64,000 nucleotides of DNA from an uncultured Solirubrobacterales bacterium (lineage in GTDB: Bacteria; Actinomycetota; Thermoleophilia; Solirubrobacterales; 70-9), in assembly GCA_963769945.1 (NCBI GenBank), contig CAVYOA010000006.1, forward strand, positions 10,040 through 74,039, in the 5' to 3' direction. A program made the translations under genes and the position numbers. Under the pieces are notes generated by a model. The model did not search any database. It was not told where the DNA came from and worked only from the letters and a program-made list of their open reading frames with translations. Shown here piece by piece: positions 38,127-47,367 of this stretch (within the stretch, counting starts at the first letter, position 1; each line of letters starts with the position of its first letter).

Positions 38127-39665
38127 ATGGGCGAAGCGACCACAGGATCACCGGGTGCGTTGACTGGCACCGTGCTGTCGGATCGCTACCGGCTCGAGTC
38201 CAAGCTCGGCAGCGGCGGCATGTCGACCGTGTATCTCTCGCGCGACGAGACGCTCGAACGCTGGGTCGCAGCGAAGGTCCTGCATCGCGAGATCTCCGAT
38301 CAGCCCGACCAGCTCGAGCGCTTCCGGCGCGAGGCGCGGTCGGTGGCGCAGGTCTCACACCCGAACGTCGTCGCGGTGATCGACGCCGGCGAGGACGGTG
38401 GGCGCCCCTACATCGTCTTCGAGTTCTGCGACGGCGAAACGCTGAAGCAGCGCATCGACCGCCTCGGCCGCCTGCCGCTCGACGAGTCCGCCGCCTATGC
38501 GATCGAGGTCGGCCGCGGTCTGCAGGCCGCCCACGCGCGGCGGCTCGTGCATCGTGACGTCAAGCCCCAGAACGTGCTCATCGATGCCGACGGTCGCGCG
38601 AAGGTCACCGACTTCGGCATTGCCCGCTCGCTCGAAAACGATGGCCTGACCAAGACCGGCCGCGTCCTCGGGACCACCGACTACGTCTCGCCCGAGCAGG
38701 CGATGGGCCAGGAGGTCGACGCTCGCTCGGACATCTACTCGCTCGGGATCCTGCTGTACGAGATGCTCACCGGCGAGGTCCCGTTCCAAGCCGACAACCT
38801 CGTCGGTGTGGCGATGAAGCACGTCAACGAGCGCATGCCCGACGTACAGCGAAAGCGCCGCGATGCCTCCTCGGCCCTGGCGGCTGTAGTCGAGCGCTCT
38901 ACGGAGAAGAAGCCCGATAAGCGCTACAACGACATGCAGGCGATGCTGATCGACCTCGAGAACGCGCTCGAGATCGAGGTGGCGCGAGCTGGCCGCTCAA
39001 CGGGCGAGGCGACGACGGTGCTGAACTCCGTCTCTTCGGACCGACGACTTCGGATCTTGAAGCGCAGTGGGATCTCGCTCGCCGGCATCGTCTTGGTCCT
39101 CGCCGCGGTGGTCGTGGCGCTGCTCGTCGCCGGGTTGCTCAGCGACGACGAGCGACGGACCGGTGGGGCGGCCGGTGGGGGCGGCGAGGAGCCGGTCGGA
39201 GCGGAGGTCGAGCTGATCGAGGCTGCTGCCTTCGACCCGGTCGCGACCGGCGGCGACGACCAGGAGCATTCCGAGGAAGCCGCGCTCGCAATCGACGGTG
39301 ACACTGCCACCGTCTGGCCGACCGAGGAGTACACCTCCTCCGACGTCGTCCTCGACGCCGCGGGCAAGCCCGGCGTCGGGCTGATAGTCGGCGCCGCCGA
39401 GGCCGTCGAGGGCACGAGCCTGTCGATCAGCTCCGTCGACGGTGGATGGGACGCGGAGATCTATGCCGCGGCCGAAGGGCCGCCCGAAGAGCTCGCCGAT
39501 TGGGGCGAGCCGGTCGGCGACGTTCCCGACGCCGCCAACAATGCGCGGGTCGAGTTCGAGGTGGCCGAGCCTTCGCAGTACTACCTGATCTGGCTAACCA
39601 AGCTCACAGGGGCGCCCGGGGAGTACAAGGTGGAGATCTCCGAGGCGACTTTGGCGGCCGGCTAG
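38127..39665 (+). CDS. Ser/Thr protein kinase with single TM helix and extracellular discoidin/F5-8-type-C-like domain
   Basis: From the ATG at 38127 in ORF 37923..39665. Hanks motifs GSGGMSTVY, AAKVL, HRDVKPQN, DFGIA and SPEQ. TM helix IVLVLAAVVVALLVAGLL. The C-terminus has AIDGDTATVWPTEEY...YYLIWLT, resembling galactose-binding-like domains. Confidence 0.85.
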   Translation: MGEATTGSPGALTGTVLSDRYRLESKLGSGGMSTVYLSRDETLERWVAAKVLHREISDQPDQLERFRREARSVAQVSHPNVVAVIDAGEDGGRPYIVFEFCDGETLKQRIDRLGRLPLDESAAYAIEVGRGLQAAHARRLVHRDVKPQNVLIDADGRAKVTDFGIARSLENDGLTKTGRVLGTTDYVSPEQAMGQEVDARSDIYSLGILLYEMLTGEVPFQADNLVGVAMKHVNERMPDVQRKRRDASSALAAVVERSTEKKPDKRYNDMQAMLIDLENALEIEVARAGRSTGEATTVLNSVSSDRRLRILKRSGISLAGIVLVLAAVVVALLVAGLLSDDERRTGGAAGGGGEEPVGAEVELIEAAAFDPVATGGDDQEHSEEAALAIDGDTATVWPTEEYTSSDVVLDAAGKPGVGLIVGAAEAVEGTSLSISSVDGGWDAEIYAAAEGPPEELADWGEPVGDVPDAANNARVEFEVAEPSQYYLIWLTKLTGAPGEYKVEISEATLAAG

Positions 39666-39678
39666 GGCGGCGCGCTGA

Positions 39679-39711
39679 CCACGGCGCGAGCGGGGGGCTT
39701 GCGTCCCGTGG
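39679..39711. terminator. imperfect GC-rich hairpin between convergent kinase and ddl genes
   Basis: CCACGG...CCGTGG outer stem with an imperfect inner stem around a G6 loop. It lies in a 69-bp convergent spacer. Confidence 0.35.
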
Positions 39712-39734
39712 TTGTGCGTCAGCTCCCGCTCGGC

Positions 39735-40730
39735 TCAGAACTCGTATGAGCGCTCGCGGTTGTGGCGCGCAACGGCGAGATGAACGAGGCGGTCGCAGAG
39801 CTCGGGGTAGGGCACGCCGGTGGCCTCGAAGAGCTTGCCGAAGACGCTGGTTGAGGTGAAGCCGGGGATCATGTTGATCTCGTTGACGAGAACCTCACCG
39901 TTGTCGCGAACGAAGAAATCGCAGCGGGCGAGGCCGGTGCCGGCGACGGCGCGGAATACCCGAGCCGCCAGCTCGCGCACGCGTTCGATCGCGTCGTCGG
40001 CGATCGGCGCCGGTACCTGAAGCTCCATGCCGCCCTCGACGTACTTGGCCTCGAAGTCATACCAATCCGAGCCTTTGGTGACGATCGCTCCGGGCAGCGA
40101 GGTCTCGACCGAGTCCGGCTCCTCTCCCAAGCCCGAGTTGCCGATCACCGAGCACTCAACTTCGAGCGCGGCGCCGGCGTCGGCCTCGATGATCACACGC
40201 GGGTCGTGGGCCAGCGCGAGCGTTACGGCCGCGTCGAGCTCGGCCTCGGCGCTGTGCACGCGCGAGATGCCGACGCTCGAACCCAAGCGCGAAGGCTTCA
40301 CCCATAAAGGCTTGGCCATCGTCGCAACATGCTCGCGCCACCCTGTGGCACCGACCTCGGCGAACTCGACCTGCGCCAGCCCGTGAAAGGCGAGCAGCTG
40401 CTTGCAGACGAGCTTGTCGAGGGCTACGGCGGCAGTGAGCACGCTTGGGCCCGCGTAGGCGATGTCGAGCGTTTCGAGCAGCCCCTGCACAGTGCCGTCC
40501 TCACCGTAGGGCCCGTGCAGTACAGGAAAGGCGACGTCGCAGCCGAGCAGACCACCGGCGGCGCGCAGCTCGATCTCGTCCCCGCCGGCGAGCCAGCGCC
40601 CCCCACGTTCGATCAGGACCTCGATCACCTCGTGGCCGGCTTCGCGCAGGCCCGCTGCAACCGAAGCTCCCGACTGCAGCGAGATCTCGTGCTCAGATGA
40701 GCGTCCGCCGAAGATCACGGCGACTCTCAT
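39735..40730 (-). CDS. ddl: D-alanine--D-alanine ligase
   Basis: From the ATG at 40730 (MRVAVIFGGRSSEHEISL). ATP-grasp motifs are present and the C-terminus has LVNEINMIPGFTSTSVF. The start overlaps the pknB stop as ATGA. The 506-aa ORF-track version is an upstream read-through. Confidence 0.9.
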   Translation of the reverse strand: MRVAVIFGGRSSEHEISLQSGASVAAGLREAGHEVIEVLIERGGRWLAGGDEIELRAAGGLLGCDVAFPVLHGPYGEDGTVQGLLETLDIAYAGPSVLTAAVALDKLVCKQLLAFHGLAQVEFAEVGATGWREHVATMAKPLWVKPSRLGSSVGISRVHSAEAELDAAVTLALAHDPRVIIEADAGAALEVECSVIGNSGLGEEPDSVETSLPGAIVTKGSDWYDFEAKYVEGGMELQVPAPIADDAIERVRELAARVFRAVAGTGLARCDFFVRDNGEVLVNEINMIPGFTSTSVFGKLFEATGVPYPELCDRLVHLAVARHNRERSYEF

Positions 40731-42622
40731 CGGCGCCGCTCCGCGCGAGGTGTCGGTGTGGTGGTCTCGGGAGCCGTCGTCGTTTCGGGCTCGGGCTCGG
40801 GCTCGGGCTCCTCGACCAGCTCGCCGACGTAGATCGTGACGAGGTCGCCTTGGCGCAGGCGCTCGCCAGCGCCAGGAGCCTGATCGAGCACGCGTCCGTC
40901 CTCGTCGGGGTCGGCAGTCTCGCGTGCGAGGACCTCGACGCCGAGGCCGCGACTCTGCAGCAGCGTGCGCGCCGCGTCCTCGGACTGGCCCTCGACGCTG
41001 GGCACCGTAATCGAGCCGGCGCCGGTGGAGACGATGATCGTGACCTCGTCGCCGCGCAACAGATCCGAGCCCGGGCCGGGATCCTGGCCGATCACGATCC
41101 CCTCCTCTTGGTCGGCGTCGCGAAAGTCGGTGTCGACGATGAAGCCGAGACGCTCGAGCTCGGACTCTGCCGCCTGCTGGGTGTCGCCGAGCACGTCGGG
41201 CAAGCCGATCAGATTGGCGCCACTGGAGACGACCAGGGTCACGGTCGAGCCGCACTCGGCCTCCTCGCCGGCCGAGGGGCGGGTCTCGATCACACGGCCG
41301 GAGTTGACGTCGCGCGATGCCTTGCGCTCCTCGGCGACGAGCAGTTCCTCGTCTTGAAGCTGTTTTCGGGCGGCGGCGAGCGTCTCGTTTCGCAGCTGGG
41401 GAATCTCGACCGAGAGCCCAAGGCTGACCGTCAGGGTCACCCGCGCGCCCTCCTCGGCCTCCGAGCCGGCAGCAGGATCCTGTTCGACGACGGTGTCCGC
41501 GGCAGCGCAGTTGGAGACCGGGGTGCTGGCGACGTTGAAGCCGCGACGGTCGAGCAAAGAACGCGCCTCCGACTCGGTCATCTCGATCACGGCGGGCACG
41601 TTGGTGGTTTGCCCGCCGTCACGCGTCAGAGCCCAGACGAGCCCCGCGACCAGCAAGGCCGCGATCACCGCGAGGACGATCAGGCGCCTGCGGGTCATCC
41701 AGCCGTCCTCCTCAAGCACCTCCGCGTCGACGACCACCGCGGGGTAGGCCGCGGTGCCGCCGAGGGCCGCGCCGGCGGGATCGGACTCGGCCTTGTCGAG
41801 CGCGTCGAGGAACTCGTCGGCGCTCTGATAGCGGCTTGCCGGGTCCTTGGCCAGTGCCTTGAGCACCACGAGCTCGAGCGCTGGCGAGATCTGCGGATTG
41901 AGCTGCGACGGCGGGCGCGGCTGCTCGGTGACCTGCTTCAGCGCCACCGCGACCGGCGTCTCGGCCTCGAACGGAACCTGGCCCGTGAGCGCCTCGTAGA
42001 GCATTACGCCAATCGAGTAGAGGTCCGACGTCGCGGTCACCTCGAGCCCCTGTGCCTGCTCGGGTGAGAGGTACTGGGCGGTACCGAGGACAGAGCCGGT
42101 CTGGGTGATTTCGGAAACACCCGCGCGAGCGATGCCGAAGTCGGTGACGCGGGCGCGGCCCTCGCCGTCGACCATCACGTTCTGGGGCTTTAGGTCTCGG
42201 TGAATGATCGACCGCGAGTGGGCGAAGCGGGCGCCAATCAGGATCTGGCGGATGATCTCGCAGGCCTCGCCGACCGTCAGCCCGCGGGTGATCAGGTCCT
42301 TGAGCGTCGCTCCCTCGACGTACTCCATCGCGATCCAGTGGCGACCTTCGGCCTCGCCACGGTCATAGACCCCGACGACGTTGGGGTGCTGGAGGTGGGC
42401 CGCTGACTGTGCCTCGCGACGAAAGCGTTCGACGAACTGCTGATCCTGCGCGAAGCGCTCGTGCAGGAACTTGAGCGCGACTTGGCGGTTGAGCATCTCA
42501 TCGCGCGCCAGCCAAACGTCGGCCATGCCGCCGCTGCCGAGTCGGCGAACCAACGTGTAGCGGTCGCCGATGCGCTGGTCTTGGGTCAGCGCCACGGCAC
42601 TACCTCCGTCGCCACGGATCAC
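40727..42622 (-). CDS. pknB: PASTA-domain Ser/Thr protein kinase
   Basis: 631-aa intact ORF. Hanks kinase motifs GSGGMADVW, ALKFL, HRDLKPQN, DFGIA and SPEQA. TM helix LIVLAVIAALLVAGLVWAL. Four PASTA repeats follow, each ending in ...TLTVS/TLVVSSG/TIIVSTG/TIYVG. The GTG start overlaps the pbpA stop. Confidence 0.9.
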   Translation of the reverse strand: MIRGDGGSAVALTQDQRIGDRYTLVRRLGSGGMADVWLARDEMLNRQVALKFLHERFAQDQQFVERFRREAQSAAHLQHPNVVGVYDRGEAEGRHWIAMEYVEGATLKDLITRGLTVGEACEIIRQILIGARFAHSRSIIHRDLKPQNVMVDGEGRARVTDFGIARAGVSEITQTGSVLGTAQYLSPEQAQGLEVTATSDLYSIGVMLYEALTGQVPFEAETPVAVALKQVTEQPRPPSQLNPQISPALELVVLKALAKDPASRYQSADEFLDALDKAESDPAGAALGGTAAYPAVVVDAEVLEEDGWMTRRRLIVLAVIAALLVAGLVWALTRDGGQTTNVPAVIEMTESEARSLLDRRGFNVASTPVSNCAAADTVVEQDPAAGSEAEEGARVTLTVSLGLSVEIPQLRNETLAAARKQLQDEELLVAEERKASRDVNSGRVIETRPSAGEEAECGSTVTLVVSSGANLIGLPDVLGDTQQAAESELERLGFIVDTDFRDADQEEGIVIGQDPGPGSDLLRGDEVTIIVSTGAGSITVPSVEGQSEDAARTLLQSRGLGVEVLARETADPDEDGRVLDQAPGAGERLRQGDLVTIYVGELVEEPEPEPEPETTTAPETTTPTPRAERRR

Positions 42623-44091
42623 CCATCGAGAAGCGAGCCCATGACTTCGGTCGCGATCGGCCCCGAGACCTCGCCGCCGAAGCAGCCAGTGCAGCGCTCG
42701 AGCATCACCGCGATCGCGATTTGGGGGTCGTCGGCGGGTGCGAAGCCGATGAACCAGGGCCGGTTGATCGACGCCTCGACATCGATCTCCGCGGTGCCGG
42801 TCTTGCCCGCAAACGGGACCCCGCCAAGCGAGAGACTCGATGCCGTGCCCTCCTCGGTGACGTTGACCATCATCTCGCTCACCTGGGCTGCCGTCTCCTC
42901 GCTGACGGCCTGGCCTTGCTCCTCCCCGTCCTCGAGCTCGCTGATCGTGCGCCCGTCCGGATCCTGCGCGGATTGCAGGAGCGTCGGCTCCATCAGCGTG
43001 CCCTCGTTGGCGATCGTGCCCGCGACCTGCGCCATCTGCAGCGGCGTCGCCAATAACCGCTCCTGGCCGATCGCGACGCGGCCGATGTCGATCAGGTCGC
43101 CGTCGTCGAGCAGGCTGCCCTCCGAGTAGACGCCGCTCGGCGCCATCTGGTTGTCGGGGTAGTTGAGCTCGGGGTCGCTGTTGAAGCCGAAGCGCTCCAT
43201 GTATTCGAGATAGGTGCCGGCGCCGAGCTGCTCGCCGACCTGGGCCCAGTAAGTGTTTACGGAGTTGGTCAGGGCAGTGGTCGCGTCGATGTCACCGAAG
43301 CTCTGATCACCGGAGTTGCTGAGGTCGGCGCCCGAGATCTCCTTCGGCGAGTCGGCGTTGAGCACCGTGCTGGGCTCGATCTCACCCGAGTCGAGCGCTG
43401 CCGCGACGGTCAGCACCTTCATCGTCGACCCCGGCTCATAGGTGCTCTGTGTCGGCCGATTGACCAGGGGCGCTGCCTCATCCTCGGAGAGCTGCCCGAA
43501 GGTCGCCTCGTCGCGGACGGCGTTACCGTCGAAGCCTGGCACGGAGGCCATCACCTTGACAGCGCCCGTGTTGGGTTCGAGCGCGACAACCGAGCCGCCG
43601 AAGCCGCTGGCCCCCGGCGTCGAGTCGATCGCCGCCTGCAGCTGCTGCGTCGCCAGCTGCTGTGCTTCGGCGTCGAGAGTGAGGGTGATGTCGGCCCCCG
43701 CGGGCCGGTTGCCGCTGAGCTGGTCGATGATCGAGGCGAACTCGTTCTCCTCGCCGCTGAGCAGGTCATTCTCGGAGGCCTCGATCCCGCTGCGCCCAAT
43801 CTCGACGAAGGAGTAGCCAATCGGGTTGCCAAACGGCGCTCCGGCGGGGTAACGCCTGACGTAGACCGGGTTGCGACCGCCACCCTCGGGGATGCTCTCG
43901 GCAACCAAGACGCCGTCGCTGGTGGTGATGTTGCCGCGCGGGATCTGCTGTTCGATGATCAGCCCGCGACGGTTCTCTGCCTTTGCCTGAAGCTCCTCAG
44001 CGTCGAACACCGCCCACTTCGACGTGAAGTAGACGAGCGAGCCAAACAGCAGCAGGACCAGGACGAAGATGCGAACAATCGGCGGGTTCAC
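42619..44091 (-). CDS. pbpA: class B penicillin-binding protein (transpeptidase)
   Basis: 490-aa intact ORF with an N-terminal TM anchor. Has STMK (SxxK), SVN (SxN) and KTGTAE (KTG). It occupies the conserved position between rodA and pknB. Confidence 0.9.
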   Translation of the reverse strand: MNPPIVRIFVLVLLLFGSLVYFTSKWAVFDAEELQAKAENRRGLIIEQQIPRGNITTSDGVLVAESIPEGGGRNPVYVRRYPAGAPFGNPIGYSFVEIGRSGIEASENDLLSGEENEFASIIDQLSGNRPAGADITLTLDAEAQQLATQQLQAAIDSTPGASGFGGSVVALEPNTGAVKVMASVPGFDGNAVRDEATFGQLSEDEAAPLVNRPTQSTYEPGSTMKVLTVAAALDSGEIEPSTVLNADSPKEISGADLSNSGDQSFGDIDATTALTNSVNTYWAQVGEQLGAGTYLEYMERFGFNSDPELNYPDNQMAPSGVYSEGSLLDDGDLIDIGRVAIGQERLLATPLQMAQVAGTIANEGTLMEPTLLQSAQDPDGRTISELEDGEEQGQAVSEETAAQVSEMMVNVTEEGTASSLSLGGVPFAGKTGTAEIDVEASINRPWFIGFAPADDPQIAIAVMLERCTGCFGGEVSGPIATEVMGSLLDG

Positions 44092-45458
44092 ACGCCCACG
44101 CTTCTGGTGTACTGGATCGGCGAGCGCGAATCCTCGGGCGGGCGGCGAGCGCGATCGGAGATCAACAACAGCAGCGCCAGCAAGATCATGTTGGCGACGA
44201 TCGAGCTGCCACCGAAGGAGACGAAGGGCAGGGTGACACCGGTTAGCGGGATCGCTTTGGTTACGCCACCGATGATGACGAACGCCTGCAGCGTGAAGAT
44301 CGCCGTCAGCCCTGCGGCAAGGAGCTTCGAAAAGCCGTCGGGCGCCATCACCGCGGTCTTGAACCCACGCAGCGCGATCAGCGCGTAGATCAAGATCAGC
44401 GCACAGGCACCGAAGACGCCGAGCTCCATCGTCAGTACGGCAAAGATGAAGTCGGTGTGCGGTGCGGGCAGGATGCTGCCGCAGTCAGGAAACGGCTGAG
44501 CGCAGTCGGGAGCAAACGGCCCGGGCAGCTTCAGTAGCGACTCGCCCAAGCCCGTTCCAAAGAGGCCACCGTCAGCCTGCGCGAACAGCGACTGCTGGAC
44601 CTGTCCTGCGCCTTCGGGCCCGTTAGCGGCGAACGGATCGAGCCAGATGTCGAAGCGCTCTTGCACGTGGCCCACCGTCTTTGCGAAAAAGAGCGTGCCA
44701 AGGCCGAAGGTCAACATCCCCGCGAGCACATATGAGAAGCGTGCGGTGGCGACGTAGAGCAGCGCGAGGAAGGCGCCAAAGAACATCAGCGAGCTGCCGA
44801 GGTCGCGGATGAATACCAGCAAGACCATCGCCGCGCCCCAGACGACCAGCAGCGGCCCGAACTGCTTCAGCGGCGGCAGCGTGACGCCGGCGAAACGGCG
44901 TGCCGTCACCGACAGCAGCTCGCGCTTCTCGGCCAGGTAGCTGGCGAGGAAGATGACGATCGCGATCTTTGCCAGCTCTGCTGGCTGAAAGTTGATCGGC
45001 CCCAGCGAGACGCCGAGGTAGGCGCCGTTGACCTGCGAGCCGATGCCGGGCAGTCGCGGGGCCAGCAGCAGAAGGATGCCCGCGGTCGCAATCACGTAGC
45101 GGTAGCGCTCGAGCACGTGATAGTCGCGCAGGAAGACGATGGTGGCGCAAAACAGCGCCAGTCCGATGACGAAGACGGTGGCCTGGTTGAAGGCGAGCTC
45201 GTCGTCGATGCGATAGATCAGCACCAGGCCGATGGCCGCGAGCAGGGCGCAAAGTGGGAACAGGTAAGGGTCGGCGTGAGGCAGACGGAAGCGCAGGAAC
45301 AGATGGCCGGCGAGGCAGATCGCGAAGAAGTAGCCGCCGTAGATCAGGCTGACATCGCTGATCTCGTTCGAGCGCGTGATGAAGACGGCGGTAAACCCCG
45401 CGATGAGCAGCAGCGCAACCGGAAAGAGCGCCAGCAGCTCTCGGTTTCGGGCGGCCAT
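44088..45458 (-). CDS. rodA: FtsW/RodA/SpoVE (SEDS) family peptidoglycan glycosyltransferase
   Basis: 456-aa intact polytopic ORF. Has HTDFIFAV and TGVTLPFVSFGGSS SEDS motifs. It overlaps pbpA by 4 nt. Confidence 0.9.
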   Translation of the reverse strand: MAARNRELLALFPVALLLIAGFTAVFITRSNEISDVSLIYGGYFFAICLAGHLFLRFRLPHADPYLFPLCALLAAIGLVLIYRIDDELAFNQATVFVIGLALFCATIVFLRDYHVLERYRYVIATAGILLLLAPRLPGIGSQVNGAYLGVSLGPINFQPAELAKIAIVIFLASYLAEKRELLSVTARRFAGVTLPPLKQFGPLLVVWGAAMVLLVFIRDLGSSLMFFGAFLALLYVATARFSYVLAGMLTFGLGTLFFAKTVGHVQERFDIWLDPFAANGPEGAGQVQQSLFAQADGGLFGTGLGESLLKLPGPFAPDCAQPFPDCGSILPAPHTDFIFAVLTMELGVFGACALILIYALIALRGFKTAVMAPDGFSKLLAAGLTAIFTLQAFVIIGGVTKAIPLTGVTLPFVSFGGSSIVANMILLALLLLISDRARRPPEDSRSPIQYTRSVGV

Positions 45459-46727
45459 CTAGTTGTTGTTGGCAGCGCCGTTGCTGTCGGCTCCACCTTC
45501 GCCGGCATCCGGAGCGCCGTCGCCCTGACCCGAGGCAGGGGGATTCGAAGGCGTCGCCGGTGTTGCCGGCGCCGCCGCAGCCTCGAGGTCCTCGAGCAGC
45601 GAGACGGCGTCATCTCGGCCGCGCAGCTCATGGTCGGTGGCCTCGTCGCGACGATCGTCGGGCAGCGAATCGGCCTGAAACGCCGCCGAGTAGACCTCGG
45701 AGTAGAGCTCGGCGTCGAACGGCAGGTCGTACGGAAGACCGCGATAGAGCGCCACGCGCCCGCCCTCGTCGATGCCGAGGAAGTAGACCTGGCGCATGCC
45801 GAGATAGGCGCCGATACCGATTCCGGCAAGCACGAGCAGAACCGCGAGCACCTTGGCAGCAGTTCTCAGGCGTCGCCGTCGGCTCGGCTCGGCGTGGCGG
45901 CGCGTGCCTTCACGATCGGCCGAGACGCGGACCCGATCAGAGGTGAGCCCGGCCTCTTCGGCACTGGGGCCGATCAGCGTCGGGGTCGGATCGACCGCGG
46001 CCTCGTCCTCACTGTCGGCGAGGCGAAAGGCGACGACCGTGATGTTGTCGCGACCGCCCGCCTCATTGGCGGCGAGAACGAGGTTGGAGACGGCGTCGGC
46101 GAGCGAGGCGGTGCTGCGGACGATCTCGGCGATCGCCTCCTCCTTGATCATCGTCGTCAGGCCATCGGAGCAGAGCAGGAAGATGTCGTCGGGACGAGCC
46201 GAAAAACTCAGCGTGTCGATCTCCACCTCCGACTCCGGCCCCAGCGCGCGAGTGATGATCGACCGTTGCGGGTGATCCTCGGCCTGCTCGGATGTCAGCC
46301 GGCCCTGGCGGCGAAGTTCCTCGACCAAAGAGTGGTCGGAGGTGATCTGGCGCAGGGCGTCGTCGCGAAAGACGTAGGCGCGGCTGTCGCCGACGTGGGC
46401 GAAGGAAACGTCGGAGCCCTCGACCAGCGCGGCGGTCAGCGTCGTGCCCATCCCTGTGCGCGTCGAATCGTCCTGCGAGAGCCCGTGAATTTGGCTGTTG
46501 GCGTCCTCGGCAATGGCCCGCAGAAAAGCTTCCGGCGACTGTTCGCGGCGCTCGGCGGACTCGAACGACTCAGCGGCTATGCGCGACGCAACCTCGCCGG
46601 CCTGCGCTCCGCCCATGCCGTCGGCAACCGCGAACAGCGGCGCGCCGGCGAAGTAGGAGTCTTCATTGGCCGTTCGCTGGCGGCCGGTGTCGGTGCGAAA
46701 GGCCTGTTCGACGACGTGCAGCATCAC
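45459..46727 (-). CDS. pstP: PP2C-family Ser/Thr phosphatase with C-terminal TM anchor
   Basis: 422-aa intact ORF. Has RTANEDSY, FAVADGMGGAQAGEVAS, LLCSDGL and DNITVV. TM helix VLAVLLVLAGIGIGAYL. Confidence 0.9.
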   Translation of the reverse strand: MMLHVVEQAFRTDTGRQRTANEDSYFAGAPLFAVADGMGGAQAGEVASRIAAESFESAERREQSPEAFLRAIAEDANSQIHGLSQDDSTRTGMGTTLTAALVEGSDVSFAHVGDSRAYVFRDDALRQITSDHSLVEELRRQGRLTSEQAEDHPQRSIITRALGPESEVEIDTLSFSARPDDIFLLCSDGLTTMIKEEAIAEIVRSTASLADAVSNLVLAANEAGGRDNITVVAFRLADSEDEAAVDPTPTLIGPSAEEAGLTSDRVRVSADREGTRRHAEPSRRRRLRTAAKVLAVLLVLAGIGIGAYLGMRQVYFLGIDEGGRVALYRGLPYDLPFDAELYSEVYSAAFQADSLPDDRRDEATDHELRGRDDAVSLLEDLEAAAAPATPATPSNPPASGQGDGAPDAGEGGADSNGAANNN

Positions 46728-47209
46728 TGCTCTCCGGGTAGCTGCAGCTCGAAGCGCAGCTCCGTGTCGCCGATGCGAACGACGTCGAGATCGGAGAGCT
46801 CGGACTCGCCCTCGAGCGTTGCCCCGTTGAGAAACGTGCCGTTGGTCGAGTCGAGATCCTCGACGTAGTACTGGGCGCCGCGCGAATAGAGCCTGGCGTG
46901 AATCGTGGAAGCGAAGCGGTCGTCGATGCGCACGTCGGCCTCACCCGAGCGGCCGATCGAGAGTCCGCCGAAGAGGTCGTAACGCTCACCGGGCGGCAGG
47001 CCGCCACCGGTGACCGCGACGAGGAAAGCATCGGTTGCAGCCGAGCGGCCACCGGGTCCCGTCTGTTCGTGAAAGCCGGTCGCCTCCGGCGCCGGCGCCG
47101 TCGTCCTGCGCAGCTCACGCCACGCGCTGCGCGAGACCCAAAACAAGAACAGGTAGAGAACGGCGAGAAAGCCGAACTTGAGGCCGACTGCGATGGGCTC
47201 AGTATCCAT
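46724..47209 (-). CDS. fhaB: FHA-domain protein (FhaB/FipA-like) with N-terminal TM helix
   Basis: 161-aa intact ORF. TM helix FGFLAVLYLFLFWV. FHA core LSIGRSGEADVRIDD..ASTIHARL......YYVEDLDSTNGTFLNG. Confidence 0.8.
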   Translation of the reverse strand: MDTEPIAVGLKFGFLAVLYLFLFWVSRSAWRELRRTTAPAPEATGFHEQTGPGGRSAATDAFLVAVTGGGLPPGERYDLFGGLSIGRSGEADVRIDDRFASTIHARLYSRGAQYYVEDLDSTNGTFLNGATLEGESELSDLDVVRIGDTELRFELQLPGEQ

Positions 47210-47278
47210 AGTCAGTTCTCGCGAGTCGCTTCATCCCAGAGGACCGCCGCACCCCCGGACTCGGGAGCAGCATCAAAG

Positions 47279-47299
47279 GCCGACGACGTAGTCGTCGGC
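47279..47299 (-). terminator. perfect 9-bp hairpin between fhaA and fhaB (attenuator or terminator-like)
   Basis: GCCGACGAC-tac-GTCGTCGGC on the minus strand, followed by ctttgatg. It lies in the 158-bp fhaA-fhaB spacer. Confidence 0.35.
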
Positions 47300-47367
47300 A
47301 AGGTATTCGAGCGGGAGAGGAGGAGGTGACGGCATTTGTTCTAGAGGACGTGGCGCCATTCGTTCGT

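Noticed and set aside
39735-41255. 506-aa version of the ddl ORF, and the 580-aa version of the kinase ORF 37923..39665.
   Set aside because: The N-terminal extensions are Arg/Pro-rich nonsense overlapping neighbouring genes. Internal ATGs at 40730 and 38127 give canonical N-termini.
45117-46868. Many very long ORFs antisense to well-supported genes. Examples are 45117..46868(+) 583 aa, 40445..42067(+) 540 aa, 31203..32801(+) 532 aa, 27827..29137(+) 436 aa, 55667..56848(+) 393 aa and 50..661(+).
   Set aside because: They are Arg/Ala/Gly/Pro-rich, have no recognisable motifs, and lie exactly opposite genes with clear family signatures. This is the usual shadow-ORF effect of about 70% GC, where stop codons are rare in all frames.
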